From: an uncultured Clostridia bacterium
GTDB taxonomy: Bacteria; Bacillota; Clostridia; Lachnospirales; Anaerotignaceae
Reading direction: 5' to 3'
Length of the DNA: 64,000 bases
Assembly (NCBI GenBank): GCA_910586765.1
Contig: CAJUJJ010000007.1
Span: 16,687-80,686 of the forward strand
This document shows positions 29,725-39,761 of the stretch, piece by piece. The notes beneath the pieces are model-generated. The model was not told the DNA's origin and ran no database searches. It saw nothing but the letters and a program-made list of their open reading frames with translations. Numbering within the stretch: position 1 is the first letter of the stretch; every line of letters begins with the position of its first letter. A program made the position numbers and the translations under genes.

Positions 29725-30654
29725 TTAAGCGTCTTCTAAGCCAAAACTTTGGCTAATTCTCTGGCTTAGCACTTCTGCTGCATTATATCCCATACGTTTT
29801 TGTCTTTGGTTGATTGCCGCAGACTCGCATATTACTGCGACATTTCTGCCTGGACGTACTGGAATAGAATTACAAACTATTTTATTGCCAAGTATGTCAA
29901 TATATTCCTCTCCTAATCCTAATCTATCATAATCTTTTTCGCTGTCCCACATCTCTAAGCGTATTACAAGGTCTATACTTTGAGAAATTTTAACAGAACT
30001 AACACCAAATAATTCTTTTACATCAATAATGCCAATTCCTCTTAATTCAATAAAATATCTTATCAATTCAGGGCTTGTGCCAATTAATGTATCATGAGAT
30101 ATTTTTTTAATTTCAACAGCATCATCAGCAACTAATCTGTGTCCTCTTTTGATTAATTCCAATGCAGTTTCACTTTTGCCTATACCACTTTCTCCTATAA
30201 TCAATATGCCTTCTCCATAAATATCTACTAAAACACCGTGCATAGTAATACGTTCTGCAAGTTGTTCTGTCAGCCAACGTATGCACTCTGCCATAAATAT
30301 ACTTGTACCTAGTTCTGTTTTCAATAAAGGTACTTTATATTTTTCTGCAAATTCTATCATTTCTGGAAAAGGTGCCAAATCTCTGCATATTACAACACTT
30401 GCTACAGAAAAAGAGAAAAACTTTTGTAATATATCTCTTCTTTGTTCTGCATCTAAATGACTTAAATAACTATGTTCTACTTTTCCAAATATTTGCAGTC
30501 TATCATTATCAAAATGTTCATAAAAACCTGTTAACTGCAATGCTGGACGGTTTACATCACTTTTTGTTAATATTTTGTCTTCTAAGTTGACAGATGGTAC
30601 TAAATTAGTTAAATGAAATTCTTCAGCCAACTTATTTATTTTTACTGAATACAT
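29725..30654 (-). CDS. hprK: HPr(Ser) kinase/phosphorylase
   Basis: GESGIGKSETALEL, LVADD, ELRGIGII; start uncertain (30654-30669). Confidence 0.96.
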   Translation of the reverse strand: MYSVKINKLAEEFHLTNLVPSVNLEDKILTKSDVNRPALQLTGFYEHFDNDRLQIFGKVEHSYLSHLDAEQRRDILQKFFSFSVASVVICRDLAPFPEMIEFAEKYKVPLLKTELGTSIFMAECIRWLTEQLAERITMHGVLVDIYGEGILIIGESGIGKSETALELIKRGHRLVADDAVEIKKISHDTLIGTSPELIRYFIELRGIGIIDVKELFGVSSVKISQSIDLVIRLEMWDSEKDYDRLGLGEEYIDILGNKIVCNSIPVRPGRNVAVICESAAINQRQKRMGYNAAEVLSQRISQSFGLEDA

Positions 30655-30733
30655 TTTCATATCCTCCATTATAATGATTACACTTTATCATACATGATTA
30701 CAACTATGTTTGCAACTTTATAGCAAAATAAAA

Positions 30734-32578
30734 TTATATTCTAAAAAAACGATAGACACTTTCTGCTGATTGTATTGTCATTTGTGGAACTTGTAAAATT
30801 TGTTCTACTTCCGCATTCGCAATCGCTTCTATATTTCCGAAATACTCCATAAGAGCCTTTTTTCTTGCCTTTCCAATATTGGGTATATCATCTAATATAG
30901 AATGAACTGCCTTTTTTTCTCTTAATTTTCTATGATATTCTATGGCAAAACGATGTACTTCATCTTGTATTCTTGTTAACAGTTTAAATCCTTCTGTATG
31001 TGTATCCATTAAAATTTCCTTTTCATTAAAAATCATACCCCTTGTTCTATGTTTATCATCTTTTACCATACCACACACTGCAATATTCATGTCAAATTCT
31101 TTCAACACTTCTTCTGCTGCCCGAACCTGTAATATCCCTCCGTCCATCAATATCAAATCTGGCAATCTTGCAAAATTTTCTTTTTTTCCTTCTTTTTTTT
31201 CTTTTACAGCATGGTTCATTCTTCTTGTAATCATTTCTTTCATACTTGCAAAATCATTTGCTCCTATCACTGTTTTTATTTTAAATTTTCTATAGTCACT
31301 ATATTTTGCTTTTCCATTTTCAAATACTACCATAGCCCCTACAGATTCAAATCCTTGTGTATTTGAAATATCATATGCTTCTACTCTTTCTAATTTATAT
31401 TGCAGTCCTAAAGCATTTTGTATTTCCTGCATAGCACCTACTGTTCTACTTTCTTCTTTTTTTATTCTTTCTCCTGACTGTTCAAATGAAATCATAGCAT
31501 TTTTCCATGCCAAATCTACTAGCTTTTGTTTTTCGCCTTTTTTTGGTGTTGTAAATATAACTTTACTTCCTCTTTTTTCTGTTAAAAACTGCTCTAATAA
31601 TTGTTTTTCTTCTGCTATTAATTCTTCTTGTAATATTATTTCTTTTGGTATAAATGCTGTACCACTATAAAACTGTTTTATAAATTCTGTCATTACTTCA
31701 CTTCTTGTACGATTTTCAACAGAATGTAGGCTATATTGTTCCCTACCTGTCATTTTTCCTCCTCTTATAAAAAACATTTGTGCTAATCCTTCATTATGTG
31801 CTCTTACAAAAGCCGCTACATCACAATCTCCTAATCCTGTATTTGCCATTTTTTGTTTTTCACTGATATTTTTAACACTTGCTAATTTATCTCTTAATAT
31901 AGCAGCTTTTTCAAATTCCATATTTTCAGATGCTTCATACATTTCTTTTTCTATTCTTTTTATAATTGTTTCATGTTTTCCATTTAGAAATTGTTCTATT
32001 TCTGTTATCATTTTGTTATACTCTTGCTGTGTAATTTTGTTATTACAAGGTGCATAACATTGTCCAATATGATAATTTAAACAAGGTCTTTCTTTTCCTA
32101 TTTCTTTTGGTAAACTTTTTTTGCACTTTCTAATAGGCCACAATTTTTGTATGGTATCAATCGTTTCTTTTATTGCAAAACCATCTGTGATAGGTCCAAA
32201 ATATTTTGCTTTATCTTTTTCAACACTTCTTGTAATAAACACTCGAGGATATGCCTCATTTGTAATTTTAATATAAGGATATGTTTTTCCGTCTTTTAAA
32301 AGTATATTATAAAAAGGTTTATGCTTTTTTATTAAATTACATTCTAAAAGTAACGCTTCTAACTCATTATCTGTTATAATATATTCAAATTCTTTAATGT
32401 GCTGTACCATTGTTTGTACTTTTGGTGTATGGTTTCTATTGTTTTGAAAATATTGTCTAACACGATTTTTTAAATTAACTGCTTTTCCCACATAAATAAT
32501 TTGTTCTTTTTCATCTTTCATTAAATATACACCAGGTTTTTGAGGAATTTTTTTTAATTCTTGTTCTATATCAAACAT
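30734..32578 (-). CDS. uvrC: Excinuclease ABC subunit C
   Basis: GIY-YIG N-terminus, EAYDISN, DEVHRFAI, HhH C-terminus. Confidence 0.97.
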   Translation of the reverse strand: MFDIEQELKKIPQKPGVYLMKDEKEQIIYVGKAVNLKNRVRQYFQNNRNHTPKVQTMVQHIKEFEYIITDNELEALLLECNLIKKHKPFYNILLKDGKTYPYIKITNEAYPRVFITRSVEKDKAKYFGPITDGFAIKETIDTIQKLWPIRKCKKSLPKEIGKERPCLNYHIGQCYAPCNNKITQQEYNKMITEIEQFLNGKHETIIKRIEKEMYEASENMEFEKAAILRDKLASVKNISEKQKMANTGLGDCDVAAFVRAHNEGLAQMFFIRGGKMTGREQYSLHSVENRTRSEVMTEFIKQFYSGTAFIPKEIILQEELIAEEKQLLEQFLTEKRGSKVIFTTPKKGEKQKLVDLAWKNAMISFEQSGERIKKEESRTVGAMQEIQNALGLQYKLERVEAYDISNTQGFESVGAMVVFENGKAKYSDYRKFKIKTVIGANDFASMKEMITRRMNHAVKEKKEGKKENFARLPDLILMDGGILQVRAAEEVLKEFDMNIAVCGMVKDDKHRTRGMIFNEKEILMDTHTEGFKLLTRIQDEVHRFAIEYHRKLREKKAVHSILDDIPNIGKARKKALMEYFGNIEAIANAEVEQILQVPQMTIQSAESVYRFFRI

Positions 32579-32693
32579 TTTTTACACTCCTTAAAAATTC
32601 TTTAAGTATTTTAGAATTACATGACGAAACATGATTTTTCCGCTATAATATAAAGAATATCACAAAATTTTCACAAACGAAAGGATAGTATAT

Positions 32694-33476
32694 ATGAAAA
32701 AAAAAGTACAGAAAAAAATTCCTCTTTTTTTTAAAATATTAGGTGTAGCTGGCATATTAGACTGCTTATCTATATCATTGGTTTCCAATTTTAATTTTGG
32801 AACATTATTTCCAGGTGGTATAGGTTGTATATTTCTTATATACGGACATTTTTATCAAAAGTTAAACAATTGGGGGAAATCTGGTTTTGGTAAAATTTTT
32901 ATGAAAACAGCAAAAATTGGTTTTTGTTTTTTCTTTATCAGTTTTTTTATTATCACCTCTATTATTATACAAAATGGTGCAAAAACACCTGATAAAAATG
33001 CTGATACTATTATTGTACTTGGTGCTGCACTTCACGGCTGGACTGTTAGCCCTGCACTGGCTCAACGTTTAGATACTGCAAAACAATACTGGGACGAAAA
33101 TGATGTATCTTATATTGTTGTTACTGGTTCTCAAGGCCCTCAAGAACACAGAACAGAAGCAGAAGCTATGAAAGAATATCTTGTAACAAAAGGTGTTCCT
33201 GCTGATGCTATATTAATAGAAGACAAAGCACATAATACAAGACAAAATTTTACCTATTCTAAAAAAATATTAGACAATATTTATCAAAACAAGAACTATA
33301 CTATTGTTTATGTTACGAATTATTTTCATACATTCCGTGCGGGTCTTCTTGCAGAAAAAATTGGTTTCAATGCACAAGGATTAGGTGCTCCTGTAACATT
33401 TTATATGCTTCCTAACTATTATATTAGAGAATATTTTTCTGTTATAAAATATTTTCTTTTAGATAACCATACTTAA
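32694..33476 (+). CDS. YdcF/ElyC/SanA (DUF218) membrane-anchored protein
   Basis: Three N-terminal TM segments; IIVLGA, TEAEAM, NTRQNF, VTNYFH. Confidence 0.88.
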   Translation: MKKKVQKKIPLFFKILGVAGILDCLSISLVSNFNFGTLFPGGIGCIFLIYGHFYQKLNNWGKSGFGKIFMKTAKIGFCFFFISFFIITSIIIQNGAKTPDKNADTIIVLGAALHGWTVSPALAQRLDTAKQYWDENDVSYIVVTGSQGPQEHRTEAEAMKEYLVTKGVPADAILIEDKAHNTRQNFTYSKKILDNIYQNKNYTIVYVTNYFHTFRAGLLAEKIGFNAQGLGAPVTFYMLPNYYIREYFSVIKYFLLDNHT

Positions 33477-33534
33477 CGAAAAAGGGATATTCCTTTTTTA
33501 TCAAAATAAGAATATCCCTTTTATTACAATATAA

Positions 33535-34851
33535 TCAACCTATACCACCATATATAATGCTTAATATTACAACGATTGCAGCCAAAAACACATAAAAATA
33601 TTTTGCTATCCAGAAAAAAGCATCTCCAAGTGGTTTATCTCTACCTGTATTTAATTCTTTTGCAATATTTTCTTTTCCTAATACCCAATAAATCATAATA
33701 GCACCTAACACCGCTCCTATAGGTACAACATATATTGTAATCATATCCATCCATTGCCCCATATAAGGCTCATATTCTAAAAATAGTCCTACTGCAAATA
33801 CAATGGCTCCTATCAACACAACAGAAAATTTTCTTTTCAAATTTGTTCTGCTTTGTACTGCTTCACTACAAACTTCAAACATATTGATAAGAGAAGTAAT
33901 TCCTGCAAACAATACAGATGCAAAGAAAAATGCTCCAAAAAGTTGTCCCATAGGCATTTTTGAAAATATTTTTGGTATTGTAATAAACATAAGAGGAGGG
34001 CCAGAAGCTGGGTCCATACCAAAAGCAAACACTGCTGGAATAATAGCAAAACCTGCTAACATTGCCGCACAAGTATCTAATATTGCTGTCATAACCGCAG
34101 AATGTACTATATTTTCTTTTTTGTTCAAATAACTGCCATATATTATCATACCAGAGCCTGTAATAGACAATGAAAAAAAGGCTTGTCCCATTGCCATAAT
34201 CCACGTTTCTGGTTTTAATAAATATTCCCATCTTGGAATTAAAAGATATTTATATCCTTCCATCGCTTCTGGTAAAAATGCAACTCTTACTGCCAATATA
34301 ATAAATAAAATATAAAATGCTGGCATCATAATTTTGCTTACTTTTTCAATACCAGTAATAATTCCTGTCATTAAAGCTATTACAGCAATTAATATTACAA
34401 TGATATGCCATGGAACACTGCCAAAAGCACCTGTAATTTGTCCAAAATATTCAGAGGATTCTACATTTAACATCTCTCCTGTAATAGAACCAACTAAAAA
34501 ACGTAATACCCACCCAACTATAATAGCATAGCCAATAGCAATACCAAGAGAACCAATTAAAGGAATTGCACCTAATATTGCTCCTCCTTTTTTTCCTCTT
34601 GTTTTCATAGCATATTCATAAGAACCTATAGGCCCCGTACCTGTTAAGCGTCCAAAAGCAAACTCTCCTGAAAGTCCTACCGCTCCAAATAATGCAATAA
34701 AAAAAATATAAGGCAATAAAAAAGCTGCTCCCCCATATGCCCCCAGACGATAAGGAAACATCCATATATTTCCCATACCTACCGCTGAACCAACAGAGGC
34801 AAGCACAAAGCCTAATTTGTTTGTAAATGTTGTTTTTGTTCCTTCCTTCAT
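33535..34851 (-). CDS. NSS/SNF-family sodium-dependent amino acid transporter
   Basis: GSAVGMGNIWMFPY, GQAFFSLS, YGSY. Confidence 0.93.
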   Translation of the reverse strand: MKEGTKTTFTNKLGFVLASVGSAVGMGNIWMFPYRLGAYGGAAFLLPYIFFIALFGAVGLSGEFAFGRLTGTGPIGSYEYAMKTRGKKGGAILGAIPLIGSLGIAIGYAIIVGWVLRFLVGSITGEMLNVESSEYFGQITGAFGSVPWHIIVILIAVIALMTGIITGIEKVSKIMMPAFYILFIILAVRVAFLPEAMEGYKYLLIPRWEYLLKPETWIMAMGQAFFSLSITGSGMIIYGSYLNKKENIVHSAVMTAILDTCAAMLAGFAIIPAVFAFGMDPASGPPLMFITIPKIFSKMPMGQLFGAFFFASVLFAGITSLINMFEVCSEAVQSRTNLKRKFSVVLIGAIVFAVGLFLEYEPYMGQWMDMITIYVVPIGAVLGAIMIYWVLGKENIAKELNTGRDKPLGDAFFWIAKYFYVFLAAIVVILSIIYGGIG

Positions 34852-34908
34852 TTTTGCACCTCTACTCCTTTATTATTTCTGTCATAAATTAGGGATAATT
34901 ATGACAAA

Positions 34909-34951
34909 CACTTTTGTCCTTTAAAGTGTCACACTTTAAAGCGTATAAGTA
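34909..34951. promoter_or_regulatory. Tandem HisR/YerC-like palindromic operators
   Basis: CACTTTTgtccttTAAAGTG (34909-34928) and CACTTTAaagcgtATAAGTA (34932-34951). Confidence 0.55.
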
Positions 34952-35163
34952 TTGTATTCCTTTTTTTATATTACTGCAATATCAAAAATAACCTATTTTA
35001 GTGTAAAAAATTATAGCTTTTTACTTTTATTTCATTAATATGTTACAATTTTTTTATTTTTACTATCTCTTTCACAAAACATAGTGTATCGTGCATTGTA
35101 TTTTTTGTTACTATTGACCATAATAAAAAATGGCGAAGAATGTAAAATCCTTCGTCAAAATTA

Positions 35164-35730
35164 CTATTTTTTTATCAAAAACTTTTTTAATTTTCTTTTT
35201 CTTTGTTGTTTTATTAACTTTCTAGCATAACATAATGCTTTTTCTTCTCCTTGTTCTGCCAATATATGCAAAAGTTTCTCAAGAAGTTTTTGTGAAGAAG
35301 GATACATAACATGATATGCCTTACTATTTTCATAATAAAGTAAGGGACTTTTTTGCGTATAATTTTCTTTTTGATATGTTTTACAAGCAGCAATTCTATC
35401 CAAAAACATTTCTACTACATAACATACAGGCATTTTCATACCTATAAAAACGGGGTCTTTTTTTCCGCTATAATCTAACCAATACTCAAAATGATGTTTA
35501 TTTCTACCTTTGTGATGTAGCCAAGAAGAAGAATATCCTTTTTCTTCTTTTTCTGCATTATTAGGACTTCTTGTACCTTGATAATATTTTGCACCAATAA
35601 AAAATTCTGTAGGAGCATATTTTGATAAATCATGCAGCAATCCCTGACGATACAATCCTACTGAAAAACAATACTTCATAACAAGTAATTTATGTTTTGT
35701 AATGGTATTAAAATGTTCTATCCATTTCAT
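35164..35730 (-). CDS. DUF5662 HD-superfamily-like protein
   Basis: TKHK..GLLHDLSK..WLHHKGRNKHH..EMFLDRIAA. Confidence 0.8.
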   Translation of the reverse strand: MKWIEHFNTITKHKLLVMKYCFSVGLYRQGLLHDLSKYAPTEFFIGAKYYQGTRSPNNAEKEEKGYSSSWLHHKGRNKHHFEYWLDYSGKKDPVFIGMKMPVCYVVEMFLDRIAACKTYQKENYTQKSPLLYYENSKAYHVMYPSSQKLLEKLLHILAEQGEEKALCYARKLIKQQRKRKLKKFLIKK

Positions 35731-35797
35731 AAAACCGCTCTCCTTTTTGTATTAGCATACCACATTTTTGCTAATTATTTCAAGCGGCTTAAAACAA

Positions 35798-36568
35798 TTA
35801 CATATATTTTCTCATATGACGTAGTGCACTTTTTTCTAAACGAGATACTTGTGCTTGGCTAATGCCAATTTCTGTACTTACTTCTGTTTGCGTTTTCCCT
35901 TGAAAAAATCTAAGATTAACAATTCTTTTTTCTCTTTCTGTCAATCTTTCTATTGCCTCACTTAAAGAAATATTCTCCAACCAAAGACTATCTCCATTTT
36001 TTTCATCACTGACTTGGTCCATTACAAAAAGTGTATCTCCTCCATCATGATACACAGGTTCAAAAAGTGAAATAGGGTCTTGTATTGCATCTAATGCCAT
36101 TACAACATTTTCTTTTGGCATACCCAATTCTTTTGCAATTTCTTCAATAGCAGGTTCTTTTGATTTTTCTGCTGTCAGTCTTTCTTTTACTTGTAATGCT
36201 TTGTATGCTGTATCTCTCAAAGAACGGCTTACTCGTATAGGATTATTGTCCCTTAAATATCGTCTTACTTCTCCTATAATCATTGGTACTGCATAAGTAG
36301 AAAATTTTACTCCTTGTGTTACATCAAAATTGTCTATTGCCTTCATAAGCCCTATACAACCTACTTGAAATAAATCGTCCATATATTCTCCTCTATTAGA
36401 AAAACGTTGTATTACACTTAAAACCAAACGTAAATTACCATAAATATATTGTTGTCTTGCTTCTTTATCGCCTTGTAATATTTTTTGAAATAATATTTCT
36501 TTTTCTTCATTTTTTAAAATGGGCAGTTTTGAAGTATTCACGCCGCATATTTCAACTTTGTTGACCAT
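35798..36568 (-). CDS. sigG: Sporulation sigma factor G
   Basis: NKVEICGVNTSKLP, RRYLRDNNPIRVSRSLRDTAYKAL. Confidence 0.97.
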   Translation of the reverse strand: MVNKVEICGVNTSKLPILKNEEKEILFQKILQGDKEARQQYIYGNLRLVLSVIQRFSNRGEYMDDLFQVGCIGLMKAIDNFDVTQGVKFSTYAVPMIIGEVRRYLRDNNPIRVSRSLRDTAYKALQVKERLTAEKSKEPAIEEIAKELGMPKENVVMALDAIQDPISLFEPVYHDGGDTLFVMDQVSDEKNGDSLWLENISLSEAIERLTEREKRIVNLRFFQGKTQTEVSTEIGISQAQVSRLEKSALRHMRKYM

Positions 36569-36600
36569 TTCTCATGCCTCCTCTTATCTTTTCATTAAAA

Positions 36601-36628
36601 ATGATTTCCAGAGAAGGAAATTTTATAC
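36601..36628 (-). promoter_or_regulatory. Putative sigmaF/sigmaG promoter of sigG
   Basis: GTATA-14-GGAAATCAT just upstream of the GAGGAGG RBS. Confidence 0.5.
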
Positions 36629-36796
36629 CCAACAAAGCCTGCCATAATATAACAGTCATTTCTAAAACAAAAAATATTACAAAATTTTATAGTATAAAAT
36701 GATTGTTTTTTTACATACTATAATAACAAATACTACAAAACCAAAACATCACAATATTTACTATATAATAATTTTGTAGTCAGGAGGTATACTATT

Positions 36797-36967
36797 ATGC
36801 TTATTATGCGTCAAAATGGTGGTATTATATCTGCTCAAAGCGAAAAAAACAGCACTATATTCAAAAAAACAGTTGCTCATGGAGGAGTACAACAAACAAT
36901 TAAACAACAAAATGGTAATTTTATTAACTATGATTATGAATTGATACACTACATGGATTTATTATAG
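36797..36967 (+). CDS. Small hypothetical protein (56 aa, not in the ORF track)
   Basis: AGGAGG RBS; MLIMRQNGGIISAQSEKNSTIFKKTVAHGGVQQTIKQQNGNFINYDYELIHYMDLL; terminator directly after. Confidence 0.7.
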   Translation: MLIMRQNGGIISAQSEKNSTIFKKTVAHGGVQQTIKQQNGNFINYDYELIHYMDLL

Positions 36968-36979
36968 TATTCAAAAACT

Positions 36980-37010
36980 AAAAAGGAGCATTTTTAAAAT
37001 ACTCCTTTTT
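36980..37010. terminator. Bidirectional intrinsic terminator
   Basis: AAAAAGGAG...CTCCTTTTT between convergent ORFs. Confidence 0.75.
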
Positions 37011-37038
37011 ATACATTAAATAAAGCATATTTATTTTT

Positions 37039-37419
37039 TTAGTTTTCTAAACATAACTGATAAAAATCATATCCATAACTATCAGGAGCCATACCAATGG
37101 TATCTAATAACTCATTTACGCCTTCTTCCATCAACACATGATAAGCATTATGATAAGTATATAATTGTTCTGCCTTTTGTGTCATTTCTGTATAGAGTTC
37201 TAACATTGTTTTTGTTTCTGCTTCATATGTTATTGTTTTATATGCTTCTTGTTTTACTAATTCTTTTAACTGTACTAATGTATACCCCCACTGTTGTTCT
37301 AATGTTTCCAATTCTTTTTTAGCATCTTTACCTAACTGCACCAATTTTGCAAAATCTTCATGTGTTGCCTTCACACAGCGAATTGTCTTTATTTTACCAT
37401 CAGCTGTAATATTTTCCAC
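37039..37419 (-). CDS. Hypothetical helical protein (126 aa)
   Basis: AGGGGG RBS, GTG start, upstream TTGACC-17-TATTGT. Confidence 0.75.
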   Translation of the reverse strand: MENITADGKIKTIRCVKATHEDFAKLVQLGKDAKKELETLEQQWGYTLVQLKELVKQEAYKTITYEAETKTMLELYTEMTQKAEQLYTYHNAYHVLMEEGVNELLDTIGMAPDSYGYDFYQLCLEN

Positions 37420-37504
37420 AATAACGCCCCCTTTTAAATTGTTCTTGTACTACTTTAACAATACAAAATTTTAATAAAAAGGTCAACTATTTTTTTAAAA
37501 AATA

Positions 37505-37957
37505 TTATATTTCTTCTTTCCATTTCATATGAACGATACGAAATGAATTTGTTGTATTATTTGCCTTTGAGTAGCTAAAAACAGTAAATCCCATATGTTT
37601 ATAAAATTCAAGAGCCTTTACATTTTGTTCATTTACATCTACCCATATAGCATCATAATTTTTTACAGCAAAAAGTAAAAGGGCTTTTCCAACACCTATT
37701 TTAAAAAATTCAGGTTTTACAAAAAGCATTTCTATTTTTTTATTTTCTATTGCAATAAAACCCATAATATTTCCGCTTTTTTCTTTTGCAATAAGAAGCG
37801 TTTGCATATTTTTAATTGCTAATTTTACCAATGGACGTAATTTTGCAATGTTTTCTTCTTTCAAAAAGGAATGTGTTTTTCTAACAGCATCTTCCCAAAT
37901 CAAAATCAAATCCTCTGCTATTAATTTTTTGTTTGCTGTTACTTTTTCTAAAATCAT
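37505..37957 (-). CDS. GNAT acetyltransferase (YjaB/YiaC-like)
   Basis: IEMLFVKPEFFKIGVGKALL, DVNEQN..ALEFYKHMGF. Confidence 0.9.
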   Translation of the reverse strand: MILEKVTANKKLIAEDLILIWEDAVRKTHSFLKEENIAKLRPLVKLAIKNMQTLLIAKEKSGNIMGFIAIENKKIEMLFVKPEFFKIGVGKALLLFAVKNYDAIWVDVNEQNVKALEFYKHMGFTVFSYSKANNTTNSFRIVHMKWKEEI

Positions 37958-38031
37958 AAGTAATTCCTTTCTTTGCACCAAAATAGCAAAACATTGATGT
38001 TATGATAAAGCATACTTTTTCCTTTTTTATC

Positions 38032-38060
38032 ATTATATGCCTTGTTTTGATAGCTGTCAA
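38032..38060 (-). promoter_or_regulatory. Consensus sigmaA promoter directly after the sigE stop
   Basis: TTGACA-17-TATAAT. Confidence 0.75.
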
Positions 38061-38061
38061 A

Positions 38062-38787
38062 TTATATCATTTTATTCATTTCCTTTTTTAATCTACCTAT
38101 GATTTTTTTCTCTAATCTGGAGATATAAGATTGCGAAATTCCTAATAAGTCTGCAACTTCTTTTTGTGTTTTTTCTGTTGTTTCTGGCAATATACCAAAA
38201 CGCATTTCCACAATTTTTCTTTCTCTCTGGCTCAGCTTTTCCATTGCCTTTCCTAATAAATCTCTATCAACTTCTTCTTCAATGTCTTTATAAATTACAT
38301 CTGCATCTGTGCCTAATATATCAGATAAAAGTAATTCATTTCCTTCCCAATCTACATTTAAAGGTTCGTCAATAGAAACCTCTGATTTTGTTTTGCTATT
38401 TCTTCTTAAATACATCAATATTTCATTTTCAATACAGCGGGAAGCATAGGTAGCTAATTTTATTTTCTTTTCGGGATTAAATGTATTAATTGCTTTTATC
38501 AATCCAATGGTGCCAATAGAAATCAAATCTTCTACATTTACACCTGTATTTTCAAATTTTCTAGCTATATATACTACAAGACGAAGATTTCTTTCTATTA
38601 AAACAGATTTTACTTTTACATCATCTTCTCCTCCTAACTGTTCTAATAATATCGCTTCTTCTTCTGTTTTTAATGGTGGAGGAAAAACATCGCTTCCTCC
38701 TATGTAAAATATACCACCTAATTTTTTACGCCATTTTCTCCAAATACAGCCTATATCATATTTTATTTGAAACAATAAAAATTTCAT
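38062..38787 (-). CDS. sigE: Sporulation pro-sigma factor E
   Basis: Basic pro-sequence, [32 protein letters not shown]. Confidence 0.97.
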   Translation of the reverse strand: MKFLLFQIKYDIGCIWRKWRKKLGGIFYIGGSDVFPPPLKTEEEAILLEQLGGEDDVKVKSVLIERNLRLVVYIARKFENTGVNVEDLISIGTIGLIKAINTFNPEKKIKLATYASRCIENEILMYLRRNSKTKSEVSIDEPLNVDWEGNELLLSDILGTDADVIYKDIEEEVDRDLLGKAMEKLSQRERKIVEMRFGILPETTEKTQKEVADLLGISQSYISRLEKKIIGRLKKEMNKMI

Positions 38788-38803
38788 TTTTTTGCCTCCT
38801 CAT

Positions 38804-39685
38804 TTATGTAAGTATATCAGGGCTTATCAGTCCATCATATCCCTCAGAAAAAGAACCACAATAAATACCAAGAGAAATATTATTTTTTATATTTCCTTCT
38901 ATTTCTAAAATATCTGGCTCAAATACAAGCAAAAGTCCATTTTCTTTTCCTAAACTAGAAAAAGGAACAAAATGCAATGACAACTTTTTTTCTTTTTGCA
39001 GCATATACTCATAAAATTTTTGTTGATTTTGATATTCTTTAAAAAAATAAATCTGTGTTTCTTTTGAAAATAAATTTTTAATTGCAGGAAAAGCTGCTAT
39101 AATTACATCATTTCCAGAAAAAGGGTCTTTTAAACTATTTCCTGTATCAATAAGCATACGTAATGATATTTTTATTCCCTTTTGTTTTAAAACAACAGCA
39201 CAATATGCTCTCCTATTTATCATATTTATTTTTATCCAATTCTCTCCTAATTTTATTACAATATAGAAAAAACAAATTGTCGCAATTAGTATTTTAATAG
39301 GAAACTGTTTTGTATTTAGTACAAAATGATTTCCCATTGCTGCCATACCAGTAGCAAAAAACAATGCCATTGCTACACCACCTATAGCAAATGCTACAAC
39401 ATTGCCAATCAAAAAATATTGCAGTAATGCCTTTATTGTTTTTGGAAAAAACACAATTTCTATTCCTAAAACAAAAAGTATCATACCTCCAATACCATGA
39501 CAAAAAAAAGAAAGAACTGGAAAAATCAAGGCAATACAATATATCAATGACAAAAAAAGACTGCCCAAAAAAATGCGTTTGTAGCAAACATTATTTTTTT
39601 GTAACACAGCAGTTATCCATAATATGAGAAAATCCATACAAAAATTGACTAGAAATACAATATCCCCATAAATTGTTACTTCCAC
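38804..39685 (-). CDS. spoIIGA: Pro-sigmaE processing peptidase
   Basis: YGDIVFLVNFCMDF, multiple TM segments, LIDTGNSLKDP; GTG behind AGGAGG. Confidence 0.93.
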   Translation of the reverse strand: MEVTIYGDIVFLVNFCMDFLILWITAVLQKNNVCYKRIFLGSLFLSLIYCIALIFPVLSFFCHGIGGMILFVLGIEIVFFPKTIKALLQYFLIGNVVAFAIGGVAMALFFATGMAAMGNHFVLNTKQFPIKILIATICFFYIVIKLGENWIKINMINRRAYCAVVLKQKGIKISLRMLIDTGNSLKDPFSGNDVIIAAFPAIKNLFSKETQIYFFKEYQNQQKFYEYMLQKEKKLSLHFVPFSSLGKENGLLLVFEPDILEIEGNIKNNISLGIYCGSFSEGYDGLISPDILT

Positions 39686-39727
39686 AAAACGCCTCCTTCT
39701 TTTCTGTCTTTTAAAGGCTCTATTGTT

Positions 39728-39761
39728 ATTATAGGCAAGTTTGTGCAAGTTTTTTGTCAAA
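39728..39761 (-). promoter_or_regulatory. spoIIG promoter with long spacer and overlapping Spo0A-like box
   Basis: TTGACA-21-TATAAT; TGTCAAA (39755-39761) is one mismatch from the 0A box TGNCGAA. Confidence 0.6.

Noticed and set aside
36761..36949. 62-aa minus-strand ORF in the track
   Set aside because: Shadow of the plus-strand 56-aa ORF, which has the RBS and terminator
37039..37957. GNAT plus neighbour as a type II toxin-antitoxin pair
   Set aside because: The GNAT is YjaB-like, the partner shows no RHH/HTH, and the genes have separate promoters
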